This document shows positions 1 through 15,000 of a stretch of DNA of 64,000 bases, piece after piece. Positions within the stretch are counted from its first letter, which is position 1; each line of letters opens with the position of its first letter. This DNA is from Eledone cirrhosa (Eukaryota), in NCBI GenBank assembly GCA_964016885.1, contig OZ024743.1, forward strand, positions 118,544,001 through 118,608,000, written 5' to 3'. The notes below the pieces were generated by a model. That model saw only the letters and a list, made by a program, of their open reading frames with translations. It did no database searches and had not been told where the DNA came from. Both the position numbers and the translations under genes were made by a program.

Positions 1-14
1 ATATATATATACAT

Positions 15-71
<57 letters not shown>

Positions 72-253
72 CACATACATACACATACACATATGCATAC
101 AGGTACACATACATATATGCACGCATCAGTTTAGCCGACGTTTATTATAACGCGTGCTTTGTTCGTTTGTTTGTCAACAAATCGAACAGCCTGAATTTAT
201 GCCATACAGTGTTAAGGCAACCACGTCACCTTTTTGTTCAACACTGACACAGG

Positions 254-299
254 AACGATGTACTAGTTTCAAGCTTGTTAGCTATCATCAGCACCGTTT
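254..299 (-). ncRNA. Minimal type I hammerhead ribozyme (family R1, inverted copy)
   Basis: Minus strand reads aacggtg-CTGATGA-t-agct-aaca-agct-t-GAAA-ctag-TA-catcgtt. Confidence 0.8.
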
Positions 300-445
300 A
301 CCCATCTGCCACATTTTTTTCAACTTATCGTTCTCGGTATGCCTGACCGATTTAACTCACTCAATATGCAAATTAGGCTGCTCAGCCGTTAATTTTCATA
401 AGGAAAGTATATACTTTCGAACGTTCAACTATCTGGCAGATGGGT

Positions 446-491
446 AAACGGTGCTGATGATAGCTAACAAGCTTGAAACTAGTACATCGTT
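446..491 (+). ncRNA. Minimal type I hammerhead ribozyme (family R1)
   Basis: Stem I is aacggtg/catcgtt (7 bp with one GU). Core CTGATGA at 454-460, short stem II, GAAA, palindromic stem III ACTAGT and a GUA cleavage triplet. Confidence 0.82.
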
Positions 492-673
492 CCTGTGTCA
501 GTGTTGAACAAAAAGGTGACGTGGTTGCCTTAACACTGTATGGCATAAATTCAGGCTGTTCGATTTGTTGACAAACAAACGAACAAAGCACGCGTTATAA
601 TAAACGTCGGCTAAACTGATGCGTGCATATATGTATGTGTACCTGTATGCATATGTGTATGTGTATGTATGTG

Positions 674-742
<69 letters not shown>

Positions 743-859
743 GCATGCTACTGTACGTCTGTATGCATATATGTATGTACGTATACATACATACTTACAT
801 TTAAGTAAGTGCCATACTAAGAGTGAGAAATGAAATTTCGTTTTCATTTTTTTCAACTT

Positions 860-3247
<2,388 letters not shown>

Positions 3248-3453
3248 AGTATTAGTTATACTATTTATGGTTATGTAAATACAAAAACCTTATGCAGTTA
3301 TAAGTATTTCTTATATACACACCCTAAATAGTGGTAGGCAGTAATGTATTACTACCTTATTACCAGTAAGTTAAGTAGCTCAATGTAAAAACATCAGATG
3401 ATTTACAGAGCAGTTATATGAAATATAAGAATCAAAGAACTGTTCAAAACATT

Positions 3454-3506
3454 ATTGTGCTTACAGCTGTTTCCTCCAAACCGAGGTTTGGATTCTTCGG
3501 AGCAAT
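3454..3506 (-). ncRNA. Hammerhead-like motif with a CCGAAGA core in the PLE-A pseudo-LTR (sense strand)
   Basis: attgct-CCGAAGA-a-tccaaac-ctcg-gtttgga-g-GAAA-cagctg-TA-agcacaat, with palindromic stem III ACAGCTGT. Confidence 0.7.
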
Positions 3507-4952
3507 TTATTAATGCATGGACAGTTATATGACCTCCTTTTCAGCCAAGAGACATACGGATACATATGCAAACATTGTGGGTCAACATTCATTACAGAAT
3601 TTAGAGTGGCAGTACACATTTCGAGATCACATTCATATTAAGAGGTACAATCAAAAATCAAAAATACAGGTTAAAATACAACATGAAGATAAGCGGTTAT
3701 ATAGTGCAAATGTTATATGTGTGGCAAGCATGTGCGTCTTGTTTATATAGTGTGGCAGAGAGATATGTGTGGTAGAGGCACTTAGGTAGGTAAACAAGAG
3801 TGTTAGGTTGGTAGATCTGGTGGCAAATTCTTTATATGATTGATATGGTCTGTGTGTGGAGAAATGTTATAAGCATTAAAAATAGTGCAAGCATTAAAAA
3901 TGTTAAAAGTATTGGAGATGCACAGCGAAGGGATGACAAGTATTTCATGTACTTCGACATTTTCATGGTGAGGGGAGTGTATTATTCGATTATATGCCCC
4001 TCACATAATCCACGACAATTCGATATTGAGCGTTTGACAATCCAGTTAGAGAATCGTAGTCTGATGTTCTTTAGTTCAATATAGGAGGCTGTTACGTTTC
4101 GAGAAACGACATTGAATACCACCCGGAAGTGTGTGTGTGGCTAAGGGGAGTTAATGCATGAGGGGAGGTAACTCCGGGGTTTCTATTCCTAGCTATTAAA
4201 ATGTGTCACAATATAGACCCTAATTTCTATGGTGATGCGCATCTTCCAAAAAATGTTTAAAGCATAAAGTGTATTAACTATAGAGTAGTTTAATTAAGTT
4301 ATGCTGAAGGTGTTCATATTATATGGTGGATTAACCCCCATCGTAAGGTGCCACAAATGAATATTATAGATGATGAGCGAGGATTTTAAATTAATGATCT
4401 CTGTGGTTGTAGTCTACTCATAGGACCAGGCGTGGTGATTGCAGAATTGCTTCAGGACCCAATGATCCCTGGTATGTTCTGGGTCATCGCTTGCTACATT
4501 GGATGTCGAAAGATAATCCTCACTAGGCCGGCCAGAGGTCAATCCGCAGTCCTCACGACCCCTCTCTGACCGTCAGATCATCCATATATGTACAACCCGC
4601 ACGCCAGTTGCAATACATTCATTCTCTGCGCTCAGCATCCTGGTCCTACTGCTCAACAGCGTTACTAGATTACATCGTTTTTCATCTGTCTAAGGAGGGC
4701 GTTTCCTCCGCACAACACTATCAAACCAATCAATTCATGCTTAAATTACCTATAGAGCGGTGTAGTGCAGTTCAAGTGGGTGGATGTTGTCACACCTGAC
4801 GTAGAGGTATAAATGGGTATTCTCCCTGCGAAGGGTTCCAGAGGGATGTCGTTGTTTGTGTTATATTAGATCAGTTAGTGTTGGGTATGTGGTATAAGGT
4901 GTGCCTCTGGTGTTTGATGCTAGATGTGGTGTTTGGTTCCAGTCCGACATTG

Positions 4953-6350
4953 CTATATATTGGGCTTAAAGTTTTGGAAGGAATGTCTGAAGCGGTGCTG
5001 GCAAGTTGCAAACACCTCAGATTTTTTATTAAGTAGGTTACGGTTGGAGAAGATAATATTGTGTGTCTCTAGTATACAGAGGTTACAAAATTGATTAGGT
5101 GGTTTGTGCGAGGTCGCGCTGCCTATCACTTCCCATTTGAGTGTGTATGGTTTATTTTTAGTTTTTAGATAGTGTATGTAGCTAGAAAGTGAGGTGGAGT
5201 TGGCTAGGCTGTACTTTTTGAACGAGTGGATGTGCGAATTATATCTGATTTTGAAGCAGTTAGAAGTGGAGCCTACATAGCTTTCTGAAGAGTTGCTAGT
5301 CGTGACGGTGCATGAGTATATGATATCCTTGGTTAGGCATTTTTTATCTAAAGGGCAGGTTCTATTAGCTCTACAGTTACAATTATCCTGTGTGTTAGTC
5401 TGCTGGTTATAATGCAGTGCGGAAGTCCGTGTGGTAGCTATAGGATTTTGGACGTTCGGGTTGTCAACCCTGGTGTTATTACTTATACTAGTGTTATTTC
5501 TATTGTTACTGCCGTTACTATGGTTGCTTGTTACAGAGGTATTTAGAGGTTTTGCATCTTGTTGTGATTTTGTTTGTTGGAAGTAAGAATTAATTTTACT
5601 TTTATTGCTGTTAGCTATGTGGTATGCTAAGTTAGGCGTCGTAGAGTATGAGCTTTTAATGGTGTTTTTGTTTAAGAGGTTGTGGTACTTGTGTCCTAGA
5701 GGGAAGTTTTTATCTAGTAGTGAGAAGAAAGCCCTAGGTATGTTGGTGGAGACATTTAGGTTGAAAGGAGGGTTGAAAAATGTATTATTTCTTCTTCTAT
5801 TTTTGCTTTTAGTGTTTGGTGTGTTGCTTCTTCCTAAGGCACCACAGTAGTTTCCATGGTAATGGTTACTTCCGGTGGCACCCTCCACTTTGGTGTACTT
5901 GTGGTTGCTATTCCTATTATTAGGTTTCCTCATGGACATGTTGTGCGATATGATGTTGTAGCTATGTGTTTTCTTAGGTAGGAACTCAATTTCTATATTA
6001 TGGCCGGATCTAGCTAATGCTTGATTGTAATATTGTGAGTTTTTGCTAAATATGTTTGCGTCATAGGACAGACTAGAGATTCTATTGGACACCCCCTTAG
6101 AGATAGAGTTTAATATTGATCTAGGGTGATTGGACTTGGTATCTACATAAATAAGTTTCTCGTTAGGCTTATGGAAGGGTGTATATATTTTTGAGTCTAG
6201 GTATAGTGTGGCTTCTAGGAAGTTAACATTTTTAGTGTTTTTGTCCATGGTGATACTAAGGTTAAAGTTTTTGAATATCTTATGCAATTGTTTTCTAGTT
6301 CTTTCTATATTAAATTTTTTATATTCTATAAGTAGAAGTGCATCATCCAC
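4953..6350 (-). pseudogene. 5'-truncated PLE ORF: RT from the catalytic DD onward, thumb, Cys linker and GIY-YIG endonuclease
   Basis: DDALLL, VNFLEATL, SNHP..I, FFNPPFNLNVSTNI, CNCR...CPL..C, IIYSC...YVGST..FKIRY..H, C..C..E, LLNKKSE. The start is created by the inversion junction. Confidence 0.88.
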
Positions 6351-6612
6351 ACATATCTCTCTGCCACACTATATAAACAAGACGCACATGCCTGCCACAC
6401 ATATAACATTTGCACTATATAACCGCTTATCTTCATGTTGTATTTTAACCTGTATTTTTGATTTTTGATTGTACCTCTTAATATGAATGTAATCTCGAAA
6501 TGTGTACTGCCACTCTAAATTCTGTAATGAATGTTGACCCACAATGTTTGCATATGTATCGGTATGTCTCTTGGCTGAAAAGGAGGTCATATAACTGTCC
6601 ATGCATTAATAA

Positions 6613-6665
6613 ATTGCTCCGAAGAATCCAAACCTCGGTTTGGAGGAAACAGCTGTAAGCACAAT
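6613..6665 (+). ncRNA. Same hammerhead-like motif in the inverted PLE-A pseudo-LTR
   Basis: Exact reverse-complement copy of 3454-3506. Confidence 0.7.
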
Positions 6666-6745
6666 AATGTTTTGAACAGTTCTTTGATTCTTATATTTCA
6701 TATATATATACATATATATATATTTATATACATATATATATTTAC

Positions 6746-6865
<120 letters not shown>

Positions 6866-8666
6866 GGGTGTGTATGATTGTGTATAGAAGATCATATTAA
6901 TAAAAGGAATTCCAACTTTGTCTGATTAACTCGTTTTATTTACAATCCTTTAAAATTATAATGATATTATAATGAAATAATCTTTCCATAACTATGCTAG
7001 TTATATGATTAGAAAAAAATGTGGTACAATGTAGACAGGCTACGGAGAACATTTCATTGGTGATGTTATATTGAATTTGCAGCGTTGTTAATGCTTAACT
7101 TTTAAAAGGATAGAAACTGTTGTACAATTACAGTTTGACTGGGGATAACGTTTGAGTATCTTTCTGCTACTACAAATGTTGTCGTTGAACAAACAAAATC
7201 TGTAAATGGCTTAACTCGAAAAGAATTCTTACAGCCCCAGGCCAAAATTATGTAGTAATGAATCTGTAAAGGGCTACACGTTACATACAACCCCGATGGT
7301 ACGTGCACCGTCTCTATCTTCTGGAATCAATGTGGATCGTAAGTTTGCAGAGAATTTCATCGGAAGTCCTGGAACAATACCCCTATAATATAAAAAAATC
7401 AATCTAAATTCGCCTTTGCGAAATATAATGCACAGCAGCCTAGTACTAGGGGATCTACAAGTCTAATCTGTTGTTTGAGGCGATTTTGCAGTATTAGAAT
7501 TTTGCATATCAAGAAATCTTAAATATTTACATTAATTCTTATACTAATATTCTCGTCTACGGCGGATTCTAGAAAAATATTAAGTATTGAGTAAACACCA
7601 ATATGTCTACAATTAAGAAAGATGTGCCTCCAAACAAAGATATTTCAAAATTATTTACAGAAATGTAAATGTCATGTTCAATTTCACCTATTTTTATTTA
7701 AAAAGCGCTGTTAATTCCAACCTAATCAAACCCGAGTCCAGCTACAATCATTTGCAATTGAACAGCAATAATTATTCATAAACTATATATGCAAAGCTAA
7801 ATATATATTATACCAAGTAGAGACTTGTATGTCATATACTGGTCTCGGCAAAATTCCTTCGAATTTATAAACGACCAACATACGAATAGGTTCTGTAATG
7901 AAGGTAAAATCACGTTTAATCGCTCTGCACTGGAGCTGTGTTTCTGATCAGGCTGCAAATAGCGATATGTAAATGTTGACACCAAGAAATATATGGATAA
8001 AATGACGTTTACTCGGTTTATTTGTTTTAGGTTTAACATTGTCTAAGATCTATAACTAAGATCTATAACTCCGTTATAACTTAGCGTGATACCTAATATA
8101 ACCCTTTACTCATATTCATATCTATCGAAACCCAGTTCCTTCCACATCATAATTACTGCTTCAAGTTATAATAGGACGCGTTTGCCTTGAACAAGTTATA
8201 CATTAACCATTACCTAAAGTCAATGCCTATAATAACAGCACAATCGTTAATCTTATATAAATGTATCCTCCCATTTGCATCGTATATCTTACAGTAAACC
8301 CTCTTTTACTACATTCTCACTCATATACATAGAGCACAACTTTATATTAAACTCGTCTAAGGTTAATATAGACTTATATCTACCTTTCGCAAGAACATAG
8401 ATGACAAACCTAATCATACAATTATAATCTAGCTTTTAGATACATAAACATTTATATCCTTCTTATTGAAAATAAATGGATTATCCTATAAGCATTACTA
8501 CTGGAACCTATCAATATATTAATAGGCTACCCGCTGTGATATTGTCAATATGCGTGTCTCTATGTCTGTTTCTGCCTATGTTAGTGCGTGAGATTCTCAT
8601 ATGAACAGGCAGACATGTCTGTGAGTGGTAATGCTTAAGTATTGACCAAATGTGTGCCAATGACGC

Positions 8667-8772
8667 TGTATGTATGTATGTATGTATGTATGTATGTATG
8701 TATGTATGTATGTATGTAGGTATGTAGGTAGGTAGGTAGGTAGGTAGGTAGGTAGGTAGGTAGGTAGGTAGG
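8667..8772. repeat. (TATG)n-(TAGG)n compound microsatellite
   Basis: Directly visible. Confidence 0.95.
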
Positions 8773-9465
8773 TATATATGTGTGTGTGTGGATGTATGTG
8801 AACCCGGGCACATATACGTACCAATGCACATGTTTCCATAGTCACTTAACACTTTTGATATCAAATCGCCTGAAACCATGCTTGGTTCTACAGTACCACT
8901 TTAAAATATTTCTAATGATCTAAAACCTTCTATTATAATTTTTTGTAAGGAACTTTATTAAGTTATATTCCAAGCTAAATCTTAATGATGAGATTGTCGA
9001 TTATGTTACCAAGCCTTTCCAAATATTTCAGTATTTGTAAAATTATTTGATAAAATGAATAGCGTCTTCCATGGAAAATATGGTAACGAATAGATTAAAT
9101 CAAAATATGCATATATACATACTCAGGAGTAGATATTCAGAACCTTACAAAAGCAAAAAACACAGACATTCATACATACATATATACATACATACATACA
9201 ATCAAAAAGTGGACAAAGATCGCAGCTCTCTAATAGATAGAGTACAAATGACCGCGATATCTGGCACCTTCAAAATTTGCAAAACATTCTTGCGATTCAA
9301 GGGATGACACTTTCTTTTCTTTTATAACCTTGCCACCAGGAAGGTGGCCGGTCAAAAATGTACTCGAAATTAAGAGAAAGAGAATATAAATACATACATA
9401 CATACATACATACATACATACATACATACATACATACATACATACATACATACATACATACATAC

Positions 9466-10652
9466 ATGGTGGCTGCCAACTCGTTTTCGAGTACGGCCAC
9501 TACTTTATATCCATGTAGGAGAACCGCTACCGATGCGCTGAACGAGATAGCGACTTGAAAACTCTGGTACAAACACTACACTTGTGACAATTATTGACAC
9601 ATAGTGCTGGGCCCATGGCACCATGTGACGACAAGTGCAGAGAGATCTCCAGATATAAAGCAATGCCTGTGCCGTGAAGCTTTTATAGTGAGCAAAGGCA
9701 CTGCACAAAGCCAGTCCCACTCTCTTAACCAAGATGATATTTACCAAAAAGAAGTACAAGTCAACATCATTGGATACCATCAGGGTTGCAGGTGTTATAT
9801 CAGAGTTTTCCTTCTCCTAGAATTCTGCCTTGACAAAGGCTAAGGGGTCATCTTTCCCGGTGATTTTGGATGGCCATTGACTCTTAAGAGCTCCTTTTCC
9901 CTTTGACAGATTTTGTTTTTAGTCCTGCAGGATGTCCAAAGTCACCCTCCTCACCAAGAAACCTTGGTGGGGTTGCCAGTTTAGTCGCCAACGACCCGAC
10001 CATGAGACAGGTTGTACTGGGATACATACATACATACATACATACATGGTGGCTGCCAACTCGTTTTCGAGTACGGCCACTACTTTATATCCATTTAGAA
10101 GAACCCCTACCGATGCGCTGAACGAGTGTGACTTTTTAGTCCAGCCAGCGACTTGAAAACTCTGGTACAAACACTACACTTGTGACAATTATTGACACAT
10201 AGTGCTGGGCCCATGGTACCATGTGACGACAAGTGCAGAGAGATCTCCAGATATAAAGCAATGCCTGTGCCGTGAAGCTTTTATAGTGAGCAAAGGCACT
10301 GCACAAAGCCAGTCCCACTCTCTTAACCAAGATGATATTTACCAAAAAGAAGAACAAGTCAACATCAATGGATACCATCAGGGTTGCAGGTGTTATATCA
10401 GAGTTTTCCTCTCCTAGAATTCTGCCTTGTCAAAGGTTAAGGGGTCATCTCTCCCGGTGATTTTGGATGGCCATTGACTCTTAAGAGCTCCTTCTTCTTT
10501 GACAGGTTTTGTTTTTAGTCCTGCAGGATGTCCAAAGTCACCCTCCTCACCAAGAAACCTTGGTGGGGTTGCCAGTTTAGTCGCCAACGATCCGACCAAG
10601 AAACAGGTTGTACTGGGATACATGTTACCAGTAGCACCAACTGTGACCTGAC
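9466..10652 (-). mobile_element. Two tandem copies of an about 580-bp non-coding retroposon-like unit in (TACA)n, possibly derived from an RTE 5' UTR
   Basis: 9466-10024 and 10046-10652 are highly similar, and each ends in (TATG)n on the minus strand. No protein motif was recognised. The RTE link is recalled resemblance only. Confidence 0.6.
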
Positions 10653-11285
10653 ATATACATACATACATACATACATACATACATACATACATACATACAT
10701 ACATACATACATACATACATACATACATACATACGACCACACAAAGAGAGAGACAGACATCAAAAACTAAAAAATCAAATGCACACACAAGCGTAAAATT
10801 GAACGCACATATACGTAAACTAAAACGTATATCATTACAAATATTGACAGGGACATATATACACTCATACACACGTACATGAATATAGAAAAACAAATAT
10901 ACGAACTCACAAACACAGAACTGAACCAAACCCAAACACACACAAACGAAAGCACACGAACACACACACACTAACACACTAACACCCCCACCCACACACA
11001 CATACATATACACACATGCACACACACACTAACACACTAACACACTAACACCCACACACACACACATACACATACACATGCACACACACTAACACACACA
11101 CACACACATACACACACACACGCTAACACACTAACACACACACATACACATACACATACACACACACACGAACATCTCTAGATAAGGACAGATGTTTCGG
11201 TTATGCACTAATTACTAATTTAATGATACATATTTGATTTAGGAAATGTCATCTAATTTATGTTTACACAAAGTGAAATTCGTCG

Positions 11286-11318
<33 letters not shown>

Positions 11319-11452
11319 GGGGTGATGATGGAGCTGGCCATATTCGTGATAGTGACAATAATGATAATGACGATGACCAAACAACTATGATGATAATTAT
11401 AATGGTTTGTATTCCCTATACGCAATAGTCGATATATATATTACACACATGC

Positions 11453-11518
<66 letters not shown>

Positions 11519-11719
11519 ATATTTGGGGAGGGTCATATTTGCGTAATATTGCCAGAATTAATAACAGAACACACTCACTGTTTGGTTGGTTTTCGCTTCT
11601 CGCTGTCTTTTATATATATATATCTGCGATCTAACTTACTCGGTCCTCAATGTTGCCATTGACTGACCGGCGGTCAAAAATAATACAGATACAATATAGA
11701 CAAACACTTATATATATAG

Positions 11720-11766
11720 TTTACATAAATCTTTCGTTGCACATCTGCAACATCGTCAGTGGTGTT
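11720..11766 (-). ncRNA. Minimal hammerhead motif in the PLE-B pseudo-LTR (identical copies at 15850-15896 and 19980-20026)
   Basis: acacca-CTGACGA-t-gttgca-gatg-tgcaac-GAAA-gatt-TA-tgt. Stem II is a perfect 6 bp and stem I is weak. Confidence 0.68.
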
Positions 11767-12036
11767 ATATTCATTGTTCCTCCTGTTGTGTTGTATGTCT
11801 ACGCCATTTTTTTTGTTCAGTCTGTCTATATATTTATTTATTTATTTGCTTGTTTGTTTATCTTATTTTATTTTGTCTTCTTTGCGCATGCGTTTGCGTG
11901 TGTGTATAGTGTTATGTGTGATGTGTGATGTGTGACTAGTGTGTATAGTGTTGTCTGCTGGGTGACTAGTGTGTGTTTATGTGCTTGTGTATGTATTTAT
12001 TTATCTTATTTTATTTAATTTAATTTACTTATTTAT

Positions 12037-15000
12037 TTATACTTCTCTTAGGTCAGTGTTGTTTGTTTGGGTGTTGTTGTTGTTCCACTCATTCTTTCTG
12101 TTTAGCTTTGGTCTTCTAATTTCTATTTCACTGGCCTCTCTGATTTGCCTATCTGCTGGGTCATTCCTATGTTTAGATATTATTCTAATTTCTATGTTGT
12201 CTATGTTACCGTCATGATGTTGTCTAGCATGTTCGTATAGTACTGGCCCGTTTTTTCGTCCTTTTAGTTCCCCCCAGTGTTGGTCTATCCTTTCACCTAT
12301 GCTACGAGCTGTCTCACCTATGTATGTTGTTGTCGTGTTTCTGCAAGTACCCTCTGTACATCTTATGCTATAGACTACGTTTCTAGTTTTACAGTTTATC
12401 CGGGGGTTCACCTTACATATGATACATTTCCTATTGGTACAGTGGGTTTTCTTAAAAGGGTAGGTTTTGCTGATCAGGGATTTTATGGTGGTTCCTGGCT
12501 TTTCTACCACCTTTATTTTTAAGTGGGTCTTTCTCAGGGCCTTTCTACACTGGTTAGCTAATTTCCCTCCAGGGGTGGCGTCCACAAACATGACACTCTG
12601 ATATCTCTGGTTGTCGTACCATGATGTGGCCTTCCCTATCTTATGTCTAGCCCTATCTAAGCTATTCCATGATTTGCTCCTGTATAGTGGGCAAATTCCT
12701 TTCATGTCCAGTTCTATGAGGGTCTTATACTTTTCCATGGCTCCTTCGTATACTCTGACTCTGTCTCTTTGGTTGTAGCCAGAGAACTGCATGCGGTTGA
12801 TGAAGTGTTGGATGTGTCCTTCCATTTCTGTTGGGTCGCACATGCTGGACACATTCTTCATCACTCGTACCAAATCTGCGATCAGAATATTAAACTTAGC
12901 ACTACTGGACATTGCTGAGTTTTTGAGTATCAGGTATTTGGAGGCCATGGGTTTAGCATAGTGTGAGTGGAGAATTTGGGCTCTCTCGTCTATAGTGTTA
13001 ATCCAGAGTTCTGTGTCTAATACAGGTAGTCTATTGTTAGGGTGTTTGGAAGGGAAGTCTATAGTTACAGTTATACTCTGGTGTATGGAATTAGCTATCT
13101 GCTGGATGCTTTCCATCGTGCTACGTTCTAAATCAAACTTGTTAGTGCTCTCTAGTGGGGGTGTTCTTATAACTATATTGATATCGTCTACATAACGAGA
13201 GTACATGATGAGGTCTATGGAGCTTTCATTAAGGAGATCTTTAAGTCTCCTTTCCCACCATACCATGAAAAGGTTGGCAACATCGCCAGCTATGCTGACG
13301 CCGATGGCTGCTCCCTCATTTTGGGTGTAGATTTTCTCATTGAACTTAAATATGTGGCCCTTTAGGGTAGTTTTGATACTAGCCCCTATTGCATGTGCGA
13401 CCATTTTTCTTACCTGATCAGTGTTTTGGGGGGTCCGTATAGCTTTGGTCCACCCAATCCACCTTCCTATGGGAGTCTTTTTAGCCATTGAGGTTATGGT
13501 GGGGGGTCTACCTCTTATAGGTCTACTAGGGCAGAAACATCTAAGGTCATGGCTGTCTAGGTAGTCAGTGTCGTAGGTAAGTCTAAGTAGGAGGCCCAGT
13601 TCGTCTGTGTCGACGTCGCAGAACTCCACCTCACTCTCAATGATCATCTCCACACATCTTTTCACAGCAAAATCAATGTTAATGGATGGGTACAGTGACA
13701 CCACATCCATGCTGCCTATTATGCAGTTGGATAGGCTCCTGTTTTTGTTGCACTCACTGATTCTGCTGAGGAGGTCCTCTGTACTTTCACATACATCTGG
13801 GGACATCTTGATTATGGGGCGTATAACCATTGAGAGGAAGTAGGAGATCCTGTAGTTGCTAGCTATATTAGCTCCGCATACAGGTCTTGTTGGTGGTCCT
13901 ATTGTCGGGTCGTCGACTGTCTTGTGGTCTTTGCGGAGCCCATACAAGGGTGGTATGCCATTGTTAGACGCCTGGAAGTTGTTGGCAGTGCGTCTGCTTG
14001 GCTTTAGGATGTCAGTCCACATCATCATGTGAGCGTTGAGGATTTTTTCTCTCCCATCGTGTGTTAGTTGTGCAACTTCGCTCGTGTTGGTGATGTGGGG
14101 TTGCATTGCCTCGATGTAGTTCGGCATGCTATCTATTGACATCCTACCAGACTTATCTGTGGGTAGACACACTACCTCACCATCCCTTGTGCGCTGCTTG
14201 AGGCTAACCAAGCCTTCTACAGGTTTTATCCCAAGTTGTTGGGCCTCTGGTCTGCTCTGTCTCATAGTGTACCTGTCTACTACTTGTCTAATCTTATTTC
14301 TAGCTATGGTGAACTGTGCCTCCGTCTCGTCATCTATTTGTTGTGGTATGCAAACTCTTTTATTAAAGGGTAACCTCGTAGGATAGATATTACCCATCTT
14401 ATATGTTTTGTCAGCTGGGTTGAAAAATAGTTTCTCTAAGGGGTTGTCGTTATTTCTATCGTCATAGTTGTGTGTGTTGCTATTATTGTTATCATGGTGG
14501 TTGTTGTTGTTTCTATCCTTAGCATTAATATTATTATTGTTATGATTGCTAGATGTATTGTTGTTTACTTCACCGTTATTGTTGTTGTTACTGCTATTTC
14601 TACCATTGTGGTTGTTACTATTATTATGTTTCTTGTTTTTGTTGATGTTGCTACATGTACTATTTCCATTATTACCACTGTGGTTATTGTTGTTGTTGTT
14701 GTTCGTATTGTTACCGTTATTACTACTGTGGTCACTGTTGCTGTGTCTGTGGTTAACGTTTCTATTATTATTATTATTGTGGTTGTTGTTGTTCTGTCTA
14801 TCGCTAGTATTATTACCATTATCACTATTTCTCACTTTCCTGCCATTGTTATGGTTATGGCTGTTATTTCTATACCCAGAGTTATTGTTTATATTACTAC
14901 TACCGTTATTATTGTTGTTGTTGTTTACCTTTGCATTCCAACGTATTTTTGTGAAACACTTTTCCAGCTCCGTTTTGCATTCCATAGGATTAATCTTTTT

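Larger units (their letters stand above)
1..859. mobile_element. ORF-less hammerhead-containing element (retrozyme-like family R1): one 533-bp unit on + (312-844, with a 15-nt terminal redundancy to 859) preceded by an inverted partial copy (1-311)
   Basis: 1-311 is the reverse complement of 434 to about 745. CATTTTTTTCAACTT occurs at both 312 and 845. A homologous copy lies at 62981-63826. The element is flanked by (TA)n. Confidence 0.8.
3248..6701 (-). mobile_element. Penelope-like element family A (probably Naiad-like), 5'-truncated, with an inverted pseudo-LTR segment at its 5' end
   Basis: RT C-terminal plus GIY-YIG ORF at 4953-6350. A near-identical inverted repeat at 3418-3772 / 6347-6701. 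(TA)n on both sides. Confidence 0.88.

Noticed and set aside
154-591. Two ORFs with identical N-termini (also 63155-63370)
   Set aside because: They result from the inverted repeat. They have non-ATG starts, are antisense to the ribozyme and show no protein motif.
11570-11645. GTAAGT and GTGAGT donor-like sites in the PLE-B pseudo-LTR (possible retained intron)
   Set aside because: There is no convincing polypyrimidine-AG acceptor before the ATG. RNA data would be needed.
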